Shown here: one piece after another, positions 1 to 10,516 of the stretch
Position numbering within the stretch: position 1 is the first letter of the stretch
How the letters are laid out: each line of letters starts with the position of its first letter
Assembly: GCA_963708075.1 (NCBI GenBank)
Contig: OY970194.1
Span: 4,384,001 to 4,448,000 of the forward strand
DNA length: 64,000 nt
Reading direction: 5' to 3'
Source of the DNA: Sedimentisphaerales bacterium
GTDB lineage: Bacteria; Planctomycetota; Phycisphaerae; Sedimentisphaerales; Anaerobacaceae
Position numbers and translations under genes: made by a program
Notes under the pieces: generated by a model
Told to the model about the DNA's origin: nothing
What the model saw: the letters and a program-made list of their open reading frames with translations, nothing else
The model's database searches: none

Positions 1-1
1 C

Positions 2-868
2 GGCGGCAGAACGCTGTCGTGGGTGAAACACGTTGCCTACAGGAACAACTCGCACAGGACCTACCACGTCGAGGCAGGCGATGTCGATGGCGACGCGGAT
101 ATGGACATCGTGTTCACCACCAAGACCGACAGGGGCCTCGGCTGGCTGGAGAATCGGGGCTCCCCAGGCGCCTGGCCGGCGGTGATCGTTGACTCCAACA
201 GTACCCGATGTTTCTCGGCAAGGGTGCATGATTTCGACAGGAACGGCAGGGGCGAGATCATCGCCTCCGAGGACAGTTGGCAGCAGTATGGAAAACTGTG
301 CCTCTATGCGCACGGGGGCAATCCCCAAAGAGCGGAGGATTGGCGCAAGTACCCTATCGCCCGCCTTCCCGCCGGGCACGGGATCAGTGTCTTCAAGATC
401 GTCGATCTTGATGGGGACGGGGCTTTCGACGTTGCCGGAGCCGGCCATCAGGGAGACGTGTGCCTGCTGAGGAATCCGTGGCCGGACGATGTGTTCGGCC
501 AATGGGAGATGTACTTTGTGACCAGAGGCAGTCCTGGTAAGGGCCGTGATTTCCGGGAAATTGACGTCGGGGATATCGACCTCGATGGCGACCAGGATAT
601 TGTCGTGGCGGACGAGGCACAGAACGCGGTGGTCTGGTATGAGAATCCCGGCAGGACTTTCCTGGAGGACTGGCCGGAGCACATCGTGGATCAGTCGAAC
701 GTATACCTGCGATGGTGCCACAGTGTCCGGCTCGCCGACACGGACAAAGACGGCGACCTCGACATTGCCGTGGCGGCCGCCGCCAGCAACGTGTTCCTGC
801 TGTACTTCAACGGAATGGCCCCGAAGGTAAGTGCCCGGATTGCGGACACCCCATCGCCCGGCGAGTAA
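2..868 (+). CDS. FG-GAP/VCBS repeat protein (5' partial)
   Basis: Repeated DxDGDxDxD motifs (GDVDGDADMDIV, DLDGDGAFDVA, GDIDLDGDQDIV, ADTDKDGDLDIA) with WLEN/WYEN; frame is open to the window edge. Confidence 0.8.
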   Translation, partial: GGRTLSWVKHVAYRNNSHRTYHVEAGDVDGDADMDIVFTTKTDRGLGWLENRGSPGAWPAVIVDSNSTRCFSARVHDFDRNGRGEIIASEDSWQQYGKLCLYAHGGNPQRAEDWRKYPIARLPAGHGISVFKIVDLDGDGAFDVAGAGHQGDVCLLRNPWPDDVFGQWEMYFVTRGSPGKGRDFREIDVGDIDLDGDQDIVVADEAQNAVVWYENPGRTFLEDWPEHIVDQSNVYLRWCHSVRLADTDKDGDLDIAVAAAASNVFLLYFNGMAPKVSARIADTPSPGE

Positions 869-877
869 AGGAAGGTG

Positions 878-2872
878 ATGCGAGTTCGAGACCTGTCCAT
901 CCGGCGGAACTGCTCCCGTGTCGCGGCGGCATGCCGACATGGATACGAGCGTCACTACTACCGCTGCATCCAGCGCAGACCGTCCGAGGATTGGCCCGTT
1001 GCACACGAGCAAGGCCTGCTCGGCGCGGGACAAGACCTCCGGCAGGTCGCTGCGGTCTGCCGTGAGCTGTGCCCGGAGGCTGTGGAAACCGGAATCCGCC
1101 AGGCGGACGCCATCTGTGATCACATCTTCGATCTGCTGGGCAGCGGCCCGACGAGGCTGAGTCCCCCCGGCCCCCCCTACCGGCTCATCGACTGGCACCG
1201 CGATTTCAAGAGTGGGTACGGATGGAATCCCCGGGACTTCCATCGGGATATTCAGTACGGCCACGTCCAAGGCGTGGACATCAAAGTCCCCTGGGAGCTC
1301 TCACGCTTCCAGCATCTGAATACGTTGGGGCAGGCATATGTCCTGACCGGCAACCGGGCATATGCGGCGGAATTCGTCAGCCAGATCGAGGATTGGATCC
1401 GCAGCAACCCTGTGGGCTTCGGCGTGAACTGGACGTGCACGATGGACGCCGCGATCCGGGCGGCGAACTGGCTGACGGCCGCGGAGTATTTCCATGCCGA
1501 TAACGCACTCGAGCCCCCCTTCCTGCACAGGCTCTATGCGAGCCTTCACGAGCATGGTCAGTTCATCTGCCATCATCTGGAGCACGGCGGCGGGCTGCGA
1601 ACCAATCACTATCTCTCCGACATCGCCGGCCTGCTCTTCATCGCCGGTTACTGCCCGTTTTTCAGAGAGAGCCGGGAATGGCTCGATTTCTCCATCCGGG
1701 AGCTGGTTGCAGAGATGGCGAACCAGGTATATGCCGATGGGTGCCACTTCGAAGCATCCACCTGCTACCATCGGCTGGCGCTGGAGCTGTTCTTCTTCGC
1801 GACATTGTTGGTGGTGGTCAGGGAACGAAAGTCGGGCGGCGAGAGCTATCGGCAGGCGGCCGAGAGGGTGTTCGGTTCTGACTACCTAGAGCGACTCCAC
1901 AGGATGTTCGTGGCAGTCCTGCACCTGCTGAAGCCCAATGGACGCATGCCGCAGATCGGCGATAATGACTCCGGGAGGTTTCTGGTTCTGGGCACACGTG
2001 ACGTGCTGGACATGCGATATCTGCTCTCCTTCGGTGCGGTGTTCTTTGACGAGCCCCGGTTCAAGGTGGAGGAGTTCGGATTCAGCGAGGACGCACTGTG
2101 GCTCTTCGGGCCAGGGGGATACGACACCTGGAGCGGCTTGACCGGGCGCTCGGTGGAGACGATTGACAGCAGGAGTTTCCCGCAGGCGGGATGGCACGTC
2201 CTGCGGCAGGGGCACAACTACTGCCTGGTATCCTGCGGGCCCAACGGACCCAACGGAAAAGGCGGCCACGCTCACAACGATAAGCTGAGCATCGAACTTG
2301 TCCTCGATGGGCACGACGTGGTCGTGGATCCCGGGACGTATACCTACACCCCCTGGCCCGATCGCAGGAACAGGTTCAGGTCCACAGACTACCACAACAC
2401 GGTGCAGATCGACGGGTGCGAGCAAAACGGACCGTTGAACGGCGATCTATTCAGCCTGCCGGACCGCATGAACATCCGATCCGCCCGGCTGACGGAGACT
2501 CCCGGCCAAACCACTTTCGAGGGGGAGATTGACTATGCCGGCATTGTGCATAAGAGAACGCTCCGCCTCGACAGGCAATCCCGCCAATGCAGGATAGACG
2601 ACCACATCTCATGCTCCAGATCGTTCGGCGCAGAGACGAGATTCCACCTGTCCCCGGATGTGATTGTCCGCGGCACAGGGATTCATGAGAAGGAGACGGG
2701 AAGACGGCTCGCCACCTTCGAGATCGAGGGCGGCGGCACGAAAGTGCAAACCTATGATTACTCACCGCAGTACGGACTCCGCGTGGAGGCTCCGTGCATC
2801 TGCGTTCGAATCCCTGTTGCGGCCCGTGAAGCCGCTGTCACGACAATCTTTTCTGCCGAGACAACACGATGA
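878..2872 (+). CDS. Heparinase II/III-family protein (polysaccharide-cluster type)
   Basis: DIKVPWELSRFQHL, NHYLSD, EASTCYH, PQIGDNDSG, GHAHNDKLS, DPGTYTY, FRSTDYHNT motifs. Confidence 0.85.
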   Translation: MRVRDLSIRRNCSRVAAACRHGYERHYYRCIQRRPSEDWPVAHEQGLLGAGQDLRQVAAVCRELCPEAVETGIRQADAICDHIFDLLGSGPTRLSPPGPPYRLIDWHRDFKSGYGWNPRDFHRDIQYGHVQGVDIKVPWELSRFQHLNTLGQAYVLTGNRAYAAEFVSQIEDWIRSNPVGFGVNWTCTMDAAIRAANWLTAAEYFHADNALEPPFLHRLYASLHEHGQFICHHLEHGGGLRTNHYLSDIAGLLFIAGYCPFFRESREWLDFSIRELVAEMANQVYADGCHFEASTCYHRLALELFFFATLLVVVRERKSGGESYRQAAERVFGSDYLERLHRMFVAVLHLLKPNGRMPQIGDNDSGRFLVLGTRDVLDMRYLLSFGAVFFDEPRFKVEEFGFSEDALWLFGPGGYDTWSGLTGRSVETIDSRSFPQAGWHVLRQGHNYCLVSCGPNGPNGKGGHAHNDKLSIELVLDGHDVVVDPGTYTYTPWPDRRNRFRSTDYHNTVQIDGCEQNGPLNGDLFSLPDRMNIRSARLTETPGQTTFEGEIDYAGIVHKRTLRLDRQSRQCRIDDHISCSRSFGAETRFHLSPDVIVRGTGIHEKETGRRLATFEIEGGGTKVQTYDYSPQYGLRVEAPCICVRIPVAAREAAVTTIFSAETTR

Positions 2873-4284
2873 GAATTCGCACAATCGCCAGGAGACTCCC
2901 TCGAGCTGTCAAGCAGACCCTCAAGACAGCCTATGGAACGATTCCTCCCCGGTTTCGATTCAGCCGGACGTTTTGGGAGACCTACAACTTTCTCCAGGAG
3001 TCCCAGTGGTGGGATGCCGCCAGATTGCGGGAGTACCAGATGCGTGAGTTGGAGCGCCTTCTGGCTCACTGCTATGAGAACGTCCCCCACTACCGCCGGG
3101 TCTTCAACGAGCATGGCCTCAAGCCGAGGAACATCCAGTCCCTGGACGATCTGAGCAAGCTGCCCTGCCTGCACAAGGAGCATATCCGCAAGGAGCCGCA
3201 GGCCTTCATCGCCCGCAATCGGCGGACCGAGCACATGGAACAACGCTTTACCACCGGGACCTCGGGACAGCCGCTGCAGTTTCCCGTCGATGATGACGAG
3301 CTTGACCGGGAGTGGGCGTTCGCCTTTCATCAGTGGAGCCGCGTCGGGTACAAGCCGGGCGACGCAAGAGCGGAGATCCGGGGCCAGCACATTACGGGTC
3401 CAAGGCCGTATGTGTGGGATCCCGTCCTTCGTGCCCTGCGTCTGTCACCCCTGGTGCGGGAACGAGGGACCGTCGCCCTCTACCTGGAGACCATCCGGTC
3501 CTACGGGATCAAGTTCCTCTACGGGTATCCCAGCGCGATCACCAACTTTGCTCTGTTGGTGAAGCGGTACGGGATTCGCGTGGACCTCAAGCTCACCGCG
3601 ATCCTGTTCGCCTCCGAGACACTGTACCCTTGGCAGCGGACACTCGCCCAGGACGTATTCGCGTGTCCCTCGTACAACTTCTACGGGCTGGCCGAGCACG
3701 TGGTGATCGGCGGGGAGTGTGAGCACAGCGTTGCGTTCCACTGCATGCCCCAGTACGGGGTCACCGAGGTGGACCCGCGAACCGGTGAGATCACCGGGAC
3801 CGGCTTTCTGAACTATGTCCATCCGTTCATCCGCTACAGGACCGCCGACGTGGCTTCGGTGCCGGTGGGCAGCGGCTGCGAGCGGTGCGGCAGACAATAC
3901 TATCCGGTCCTGCCGGACGTCCTTGGCCGGCTCCAGGATTTCATCGTCACGCCGGAGGGCACATCCATCGGCCATTGTCTCCTGACGTTTCCCTTCAAGG
4001 AAAGCCACACCATCGGCCGCGTGCAGATCGTCCAGGAGGCGACCGATCGCGTGACTCTCAGGACGGCGCCCGTCGATGATCGCGACATGCGACAATTCAC
4101 GAAAGATCTGACTCATGCAATCGATGTCCTGCAACGGATGCTGGGAGACAGTGTATCGATCAGGAATGAAATGATCCCTCCGGAGGAATGTACAGGCCCT
4201 GGAAAACTGCAATTCATCGTCTCACACCTGCCGGAGCACCTTCGGTGTTACAGTGCGAACGGGACTTCTGAAGCTGTCGCCTGA
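2869..4284 (+). CDS. CapK/phenylacetate-CoA ligase-like adenylate-forming enzyme
   Basis: TTGTSGQP P-loop-like motif, YGYPS, YGLAE, PFIRYRTAD, GR; ATGA overlap with the upstream gene. Confidence 0.8.
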   Translation: MRIRTIARRLPRAVKQTLKTAYGTIPPRFRFSRTFWETYNFLQESQWWDAARLREYQMRELERLLAHCYENVPHYRRVFNEHGLKPRNIQSLDDLSKLPCLHKEHIRKEPQAFIARNRRTEHMEQRFTTGTSGQPLQFPVDDDELDREWAFAFHQWSRVGYKPGDARAEIRGQHITGPRPYVWDPVLRALRLSPLVRERGTVALYLETIRSYGIKFLYGYPSAITNFALLVKRYGIRVDLKLTAILFASETLYPWQRTLAQDVFACPSYNFYGLAEHVVIGGECEHSVAFHCMPQYGVTEVDPRTGEITGTGFLNYVHPFIRYRTADVASVPVGSGCERCGRQYYPVLPDVLGRLQDFIVTPEGTSIGHCLLTFPFKESHTIGRVQIVQEATDRVTLRTAPVDDRDMRQFTKDLTHAIDVLQRMLGDSVSIRNEMIPPEECTGPGKLQFIVSHLPEHLRCYSANGTSEAVA

Positions 4285-4347
4285 GCACCGTGCTCCGCGC
4301 ACTGCGGATACACCAACTCAGGGCGAAAAGAACGGGACGCCAGACAA

Positions 4348-5412
4348 GTGCGAACATTGGAGCTGATTGCCGTTGGGGATGTATCGCTCACGGGTCCGGA
4401 CGGGCAGGACCCGTTCGAATGCGTCGCACGGCTCTTGCACACCGGGGATATCGTGTTCGGGAACCTGGAATGCGCGCTCTGCGATATAGGCCCTGAGGCC
4501 GAGAAGGAGGTCACCCTGCGAGCGGCCCCCGCGAGGGCCGGATACCTGCGTCAGGCCGGCTTCGATATCGTCAGTGTGGCGAACAACCATGTCCTGGACT
4601 TCGGTCCGACGGGTCTCGATCAGACTCTCGCGGCGCTGCGGGAGCAAGGGATTCGCTTCGTCGGCGCCGGCAGCACGGCATCTCAGAGAGGATACGAAAT
4701 CATCGAGCGTGAGGGACTGAGAGTCGGATTCCTCGCCTACCATGAGATGGATCCAGGCAGCCCCCAGGACGAGGCCCTGGTCAATCGCATAGATCGCAGC
4801 ACCATTCTCCGGCAAATCTCCGATCTGAAGCAGCAATGTGACGTTGTCGTCGTTTCTCTTCACTGGGGCATCGAGTACATTCACTATCCTTCTCCCGGGC
4901 AGATCCAACTGGCGCACGATCTCCTTTGCAACGGCGCCGCATTGGTGCTCGGCCATCACCCTCACGTGGTCCAGGGAATCGAGTGGATCGAAAGAGGGCT
5001 GATCGCCTACTCGCTCGGGAGCTTCCAATTCGAACCGAGAAGGGAGGAGGCGAGACATTCATTCATTCTCCAGGCCAGGATCAGTGCCTGTGGCGTGGAG
5101 GACTACAAGGTGATCCCGGCCCACATTGGAGAAGGAGAGCGTCCCCACCGGATCAGGAACCCCCCCCGGCGGGAGATGCTGCGATTCATCAAGCGGATTA
5201 GCGAGCCCATCAGCGACGGCCGCATCACGGACAAATGGTGGTTCGAGCGGGCAGGCGCCACGTATCTGCACAACAATCTGCAGGCATGGGCAGCGAGAAT
5301 CAGAAGGTACGGTCTCAGGCACCTCGTGTCATGCGCGCGATGGCTCGTGTCCCGCTTCACGATCAAATGCTACTTGGGGTGCCTGAGGGCCCTGGTCGGT
5401 CCGCATGAGTGA
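4348..5412 (+). CDS. CapA-family metallophosphoesterase
   Basis: GD, GNLE, ANNHVLDFG, LHWG, GHHPHV, YSLG motifs of the CapA/PGA_cap family. Confidence 0.85.
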   Translation: MRTLELIAVGDVSLTGPDGQDPFECVARLLHTGDIVFGNLECALCDIGPEAEKEVTLRAAPARAGYLRQAGFDIVSVANNHVLDFGPTGLDQTLAALREQGIRFVGAGSTASQRGYEIIEREGLRVGFLAYHEMDPGSPQDEALVNRIDRSTILRQISDLKQQCDVVVVSLHWGIEYIHYPSPGQIQLAHDLLCNGAALVLGHHPHVVQGIEWIERGLIAYSLGSFQFEPRREEARHSFILQARISACGVEDYKVIPAHIGEGERPHRIRNPPRREMLRFIKRISEPISDGRITDKWWFERAGATYLHNNLQAWAARIRRYGLRHLVSCARWLVSRFTIKCYLGCLRALVGPHE

Positions 5413-6901
5413 TGGATTCCTGAAAGACATCGCGAAGTATCTGCCCGCCCAGATCGTGCCGGGGATCGTCGGTTTGGTCAGCATCCCCATTGTGACGCGG
5501 ATCTTCCCTCGGGCGGAATACGGGCACTACAGCCTGGTCATGGCGACGGTGATGGTCCTGAGCACAGTGTTCGGATGGCTGCCGACATCGATCACCCGTT
5601 ACTACCCGGCTTACGCACGCCAGCCACAGCAGTTGGAGATCTTCAAAACCACGGTAACGAGTCTCGGCATGGTCGCACTGATCGCGCTGTTTGTCCCGTA
5701 CTATGCGATTCTGCTTGTGCTGGGGCCCTGGATGTCGACAGAGCTGCAATTCCTCCTGATGATCGGCGGTCTGCTCTTCGCGGTGACCTGTGCATTCAAC
5801 CTGTTCCAGTCGATCCTGCGCTCCAAGCGGTTCGCGGGCCGCTACAGTGCGTTTGCCGTTTGGCAGAGCGTGGCGGGATTCGGCCTGGGGATCGCCATGA
5901 TCCTCCTGCTGGGACTGCGAGTCGAGGGCCTTCTCCTCGGCACCACCCTCAGTATCGTGCCGATCCTGCCGTTGCTGTGGAAGCAGGCGATGGATGCCGG
6001 CCTGCGGATTCGATTCGGCAAGGTCGATCTGAGGATGGCCAAAACGATGTTCCTCTACGGCCTGCCCCTGATGGTGGGCAACCTGGCCGCCTGGGTCCTG
6101 TCGCTGTCCGACCGGTATGTGCTCGGATTGCTCCGGGGCCCCAGCGAGGTCGGCCTGTACTCACTGAGCTACAATATCGCCGATAAGAGCATCATGCTCC
6201 TGGCGACGCTGTTCCTCATGGCCGAGCCTGCCATCGGCGTACGCATCTGGGAGAACCAAGGAGAGCGCGACAGCCAGCGCTTCGTCGCCAACGTGGCCCG
6301 TCTGTACCTCCTGTTGGGCATTCCCGCCGCCGTCGGGCTCAGCGTCGTGTCCAGGCTCGTGGTGAGCCTCCTGGGCGGGGCCGAATATGCGGAAGGGTAC
6401 AGAATCGTCCCGTTCGTGCTCTTTGGGGTCCTGCTGCTGGGGCTGCAACAGCGATTCCACTGGGGGCTTCTCTACCATCAGAAGACGGGCGCCATCACGA
6501 TCGCCCTGGTGATCGCCGGGGCGCTCAAGGTAGTCCTGAATATTCTCTTTGTGCCGAGCTATGGGTATTTTGCCGCCGCCGTGACCACTCTGGTTTGCTA
6601 CGCGGTGTCGATGTGCCTGATCATCTGGCTCTCACGGCGCCTGTTCGTGTGGCGATTCCCCTACCGGTCCCTGTTCAAGGTGGTGGTCGCCTCCGCAATG
6701 ATGGGCGTAGTGGTCTACTGCGTCGAGCATGTCCTGACATTTCCCCCCGTGTTGAGGTTGCTAGCCTGCATGGGCGTGGGCGCTGTCGTGTATGGGGCCG
6801 CTCTGCTGGCGCTGCGGGAGTTCTCGTCGCAGGAGGTGGGAGCGATCCGGCAGGCCATTTCCAGGACATTCACGGGCCAGCAGGCAGGCCGGGCCGCATA
6901 G
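5405..6901 (+). CDS. wzx: Polysaccharide flippase (Wzx/MOP family)
   Basis: About 500 aa, many TM helices; PIVTRIF..EYGHY, YGLPL, DRYVL..EVGLYSLSY. Confidence 0.85.
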   Translation: MSDGFLKDIAKYLPAQIVPGIVGLVSIPIVTRIFPRAEYGHYSLVMATVMVLSTVFGWLPTSITRYYPAYARQPQQLEIFKTTVTSLGMVALIALFVPYYAILLVLGPWMSTELQFLLMIGGLLFAVTCAFNLFQSILRSKRFAGRYSAFAVWQSVAGFGLGIAMILLLGLRVEGLLLGTTLSIVPILPLLWKQAMDAGLRIRFGKVDLRMAKTMFLYGLPLMVGNLAAWVLSLSDRYVLGLLRGPSEVGLYSLSYNIADKSIMLLATLFLMAEPAIGVRIWENQGERDSQRFVANVARLYLLLGIPAAVGLSVVSRLVVSLLGGAEYAEGYRIVPFVLFGVLLLGLQQRFHWGLLYHQKTGAITIALVIAGALKVVLNILFVPSYGYFAAAVTTLVCYAVSMCLIIWLSRRLFVWRFPYRSLFKVVVASAMMGVVVYCVEHVLTFPPVLRLLACMGVGAVVYGAALLALREFSSQEVGAIRQAISRTFTGQQAGRAA

Positions 6902-6920
6902 TTCCGTCAATGGAGGCATC

Positions 6921-8072
6921 ATGACCGACAGGAGACTACTGCTGTTGCTGGGCTTCGCCGAAGACGACACGAAGATGGCGTCGGTGCGGTGGAGCCGGTT
7001 CAAGAGACACCTGTCCGGAGATGCATTCTCCTTTGAATGGGTGCCCGTGCAACTGCCGTACTGCGACGAATCGTCGAGCATGCTGTCCAAAGGGATTCGT
7101 GAATTCAAGGTGCTGCGCCATGCGCGAAGGTTCGCGAAGCAACTGAAGCAGGCGGCGAACCCAAACGACAGAACCACCATCCTGGCAAGCATACCGACGC
7201 TGGATCCTCTGTACGTTGGGGCCATGCTCCGGCGGCTCGGTGGATCGAATACGGAGCTTGTGCTGGAGGTTCGCGACGTGTATGCCAGGCCCGAGTTGTG
7301 CGACTACAACTCCCTCCGCAGACGCCTGGAGATCTTCAAGGAGGCCAGGCTCATCCGATACGTGGACCGCTTCATCTTCCTGACCGACGAGATCAAACGC
7401 AGGTACTGCAGTTACTATCCGCACCTGCCGGCGATTCAGGCCGGCGCGGTGATCACGAATGGATACGATCCGCAGGAGTATGGCCCGAGTCCGGCGACAA
7501 ACGAACAGCCGGAATTGCTCGACATCGGTTATTTCGGGTCGTTCTATACGAGCCGCAATCCCGAGTTGCTGTTCCAGTCTCTCCGCCTGCTTAGACAAGA
7601 CGATGGTCAGGACTTCGGTCTGCTCCGCATCCATATCTGGGGCGCGCCGGGCGACTATCCGCTGGAGGCGAAGATAGCAGAATACGGCCTGCACAGCGCA
7701 GTCGTCTACCACGGGGTCGCAGCCCACGACCAGGTCATCCGGGAATACGCAGGCACCGGTGTGAACCTGATCATCACCCACAAGACGGGAAGCAGTTATG
7801 CCCTGCCCGGCAAGTTGTTCGAGTACATCGGCGCTGGCAGGCCGATCTGGGCCATCACGGACGATCAAATCCTGCGCGACTTCATTACGCGGTACGACTT
7901 GGGATACCTCAGTTCTCATGATGCCGGGAGTATCACAGGGACCCTGAGCACGATCCTTCGCACCCACGCGAGCAGCGGGAGGCTGCCGGACGTGAACCGG
8001 CCGGCGGATTTCGAGATCAGCACTCTGACGCGGCGGCTGGAGAGATTCCTGATGAACACCTCGGTGGAGTGA
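6921..8072 (+). CDS. Glycosyltransferase, GT4-like
   Basis: VITNGYD, GYFGSFY..RNP, LPGKLFEYIGAGRPI; GGAGG RBS before ATG 6921. Confidence 0.8.
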   Translation: MTDRRLLLLLGFAEDDTKMASVRWSRFKRHLSGDAFSFEWVPVQLPYCDESSSMLSKGIREFKVLRHARRFAKQLKQAANPNDRTTILASIPTLDPLYVGAMLRRLGGSNTELVLEVRDVYARPELCDYNSLRRRLEIFKEARLIRYVDRFIFLTDEIKRRYCSYYPHLPAIQAGAVITNGYDPQEYGPSPATNEQPELLDIGYFGSFYTSRNPELLFQSLRLLRQDDGQDFGLLRIHIWGAPGDYPLEAKIAEYGLHSAVVYHGVAAHDQVIREYAGTGVNLIITHKTGSSYALPGKLFEYIGAGRPIWAITDDQILRDFITRYDLGYLSSHDAGSITGTLSTILRTHASSGRLPDVNRPADFEISTLTRRLERFLMNTSVE

Positions 8073-8078
8073 TACAGG

Positions 8079-9545
8079 ATGTTTGATACGAATGCAGCGA
8101 GGATCAATGGAATAGAGCGAACCGCCGTTCCCCGGCTGTTCCTGGTTGCAGGCCTGTTCTTCGCCGTGGTCATTGGGTACCTGGTGGTCTTCAACACGGC
8201 CGTGGGCATCGGGTTCATGACCGCCCTGATGCTGTTGATCCTGATCGTCATCTATCCTGTGGCGCTGGTGCCCGCCATGGTGGTCCTGTCCGTCGTCGTT
8301 GAGAAGGCCCTCCAGCCGCTCAGCATCACCGTGGGCGGCCGCGAACTGCTGAATTTCATCGGCATCGTCAATCTCTGTCTCATCGGCGCAACCATGCTCT
8401 ACACCGCGACGAGCCAGATGCAGCCGTTTCGGTCGCTTATGACGAAGCCCTTTGCCCTCTATCTCACGGTCGTACTGGTGTCCCTCCTCTATTCCGTGGA
8501 CACGATGATGACGGTCAAGAGCTTCGTCCGGATCTCGGCGGGCTTCTGCATCTACCTGCTCATCACCCAGTTTCTCACGGAGAAGCGGCAGATCGACGGG
8601 GTGTTCAAGATCCTCGTCCTTATCAGTGCGATCCCCATCACCGTGGGCCTGTATCAGATCGCATTCAGGAACCACTTCGTCCTGTCGCGCGACCTGCGCA
8701 TCCCCGGGACGTTCAGGAACGGGATGTCGTACGCGATGTATCTGGCCATCATTTTGCCCTACATTCTCGGCCAGGTCGTCTTCTCCAGGAGCAGTTTCCT
8801 CAGGAGAGGTTTCTTCCTCTCCATCTTCCTCGCCGGGCTGGCCAATCTTGTGTATTCCGCCACGCGGATCGGCCTGGGAGTCTTCGCGCTGGCCATGATC
8901 GTGTACGCCGTGCTTTCCAACCCGAGAAAACTCTTCCCAGCGGTCTTGATTCTCCTGTTCCTGTCAGTCATCGTGTTCCTCCCCTGGTTTGCGGCGTCCT
9001 TCGGCGGGTATCTCAAGACCGACTTGAAGACATACATGTCCAACGACGTGTCGTGGGACATGCGATCCAGCGATTACATCGCCGCCAGCTCACTGCATAT
9101 CCGGGTCTTCGTATGGAGGCAAATGCTTCGCAAGCTCGCGGAGACGAATGTCCTTCTGGCGCAGGGAGCGGCACCTGGTTTGAGAACATCGACACGAAGA
9201 CATTGGGCTTTTCCCTTGCCTCTCACAGTGACTACCTCGAGGTGGTCTTTGGCACGGGCCTCGTCGGTTCTCTCCGTCTACCTGCTGTTTCGTATCAGGC
9301 AATTGCTGCTTCTGGCCCGTTTCGCCCGGAGCGGCGCGGAACGCGATGTGAAAGCTATGGTTCTGTACCCGTGTTTGGCCACGCACATCGCCTGCCTGGG
9401 CATGAGTATCACGGAGGTGTGGCAATCGTACACCAGCATCTACTGGCTCTCGTGGATTGCGTGCGGGATCAGCGAATCGTACTACCGGTGGTATTCTTCG
9501 CACGCGGGCGACTCGCAGACAGTCGAGACGCAGGGAAAAGAATGA
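8079..9545 (+). CDS. O-antigen polymerase/ligase (Wzy_C) membrane protein; two compensating frameshifts near 9158 and 9269
   Basis: Multi-TM protein with RIPGTF.N and SATR; the GxGxG...HSDYLE..GLVG motif lies in the adjacent frame between ~9158 and ~9269. Confidence 0.75.
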   Translation: MFDTNAARINGIERTAVPRLFLVAGLFFAVVIGYLVVFNTAVGIGFMTALMLLILIVIYPVALVPAMVVLSVVVEKALQPLSITVGGRELLNFIGIVNLCLIGATMLYTATSQMQPFRSLMTKPFALYLTVVLVSLLYSVDTMMTVKSFVRISAGFCIYLLITQFLTEKRQIDGVFKILVLISAIPITVGLYQIAFRNHFVLSRDLRIPGTFRNGMSYAMYLAIILPYILGQVVFSRSSFLRRGFFLSIFLAGLANLVYSATRIGLGVFALAMIVYAVLSNPRKLFPAVLILLFLSVIVFLPWFAASFGGYLKTDLKTYMSNDVSWDMRSSDYIAASSLHIRVFVWRQMLRKLAETNVLLAQGAAPGLRTSTRRHWAFPLPLTVTTSRWSLARASSVLSVYLLFRIRQLLLLARFARSGAERDVKAMVLYPCLATHIACLGMSITEVWQSYTSIYWLSWIACGISESYYRWYSSHAGDSQTVETQGKE

Positions 9546-10486
9546 GGATGTCGATCGTCATATCGACGCGGAACCGCGCCGAGCAGCTTCGGTCCTGTCT
9601 GGAGGCGCTCGTTCAGCAGGACGGCGTGTCGCCGGATGCATACGAGATCATCGTCATCGATAACGGATCGATGGATGATACGGAGCAGGTCGTCGCCTCG
9701 ATCCGCCAACGGTCCAGCCAGGTCCGCTACTACTACGAAGACCGAATAGGGCTGTCCATCGCGAGAAACGCCGGAGTGCGCCTGGCGAAAGGGGACATCA
9801 TCAGCTTTGGAGATGACGACGCCATCTCCTCGCCGAGCTTCGTGGCGGAGGTCCTCGCCTCCTTTGACGATCCTCAGGTGGACTGCGTCGGAGGCAAGAT
9901 CGTGGCCTCGTGGCCCGACGGCTCCCCGCCGGCTTGGTTTGTCCCGAAGTACGGCAACGTGGTGGGACAAACCTCGTTTGGCGAAAGCGCCAGGTGGATG
10001 GAGAAGAATGAATTCCCCTTTGGCGGCAATATCTCTATCCGCAGAGATGTCTTTGAGACTCTCGGCGGGTTCAACGAGGACCTGGGCAAACGAGGGCAGA
10101 ATAACATCTGGGGGGAGGAGATCGACCTGTGCCATCGGATGCAGGAGCATGGATATCGCTTCTTCTACAACCCCCGGGCGCTCGTCTGGCACGTGGTCGG
10201 CCACCATCGAGCGACGCAAGAGTACTTCGTCGAGAGCGTCTTTGGTAAGGGAGTCACGGAGGGGTATCAGAAGCTCGCACACAAAGGGAAAGCCGTGTTC
10301 ACGTTCTACCTGCTGCTCAAAGCCGCACGCCTTGCCCTGACTTCTGTCTGCTATCTTCTGACGGGCACGCTCCAGTCCGAGACCGCCAGGTTCCAGTCGC
10401 GCTGCGCGATCGCGTGGTACACAGGATACCTGCACTTCCTGGCCGTGAAGGACAACTTCGGGTCTGTACCCGACTCCGCCGAATGA
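9542..10486 (+). CDS. Glycosyltransferase family 2
   Basis: SIVISTRNR, EIIVIDNGS, ARNAG, FGDDDA, GGF.EDLG, GEEIDL; start overlaps the upstream stop (ATGA). Confidence 0.9.
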   Translation: MRMSIVISTRNRAEQLRSCLEALVQQDGVSPDAYEIIVIDNGSMDDTEQVVASIRQRSSQVRYYYEDRIGLSIARNAGVRLAKGDIISFGDDDAISSPSFVAEVLASFDDPQVDCVGGKIVASWPDGSPPAWFVPKYGNVVGQTSFGESARWMEKNEFPFGGNISIRRDVFETLGGFNEDLGKRGQNNIWGEEIDLCHRMQEHGYRFFYNPRALVWHVVGHHRATQEYFVESVFGKGVTEGYQKLAHKGKAVFTFYLLLKAARLALTSVCYLLTGTLQSETARFQSRCAIAWYTGYLHFLAVKDNFGSVPDSAE

Positions 10487-10516
10487 GCCGATAGCCATTC
10501 AAAACGCGATCTACAA

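Noticed and set aside
4348..5412. Poly-gamma-glutamate capsule locus
   Set aside because: No CapB/CapC in the window; CapA-family domains are widespread outside PGA synthesis.
9053..9541. N-terminal extension of the GT2 ORF
   Set aside because: It is the shifted segment of the upstream Wzy gene; GT2 homology starts at ATG 9542.
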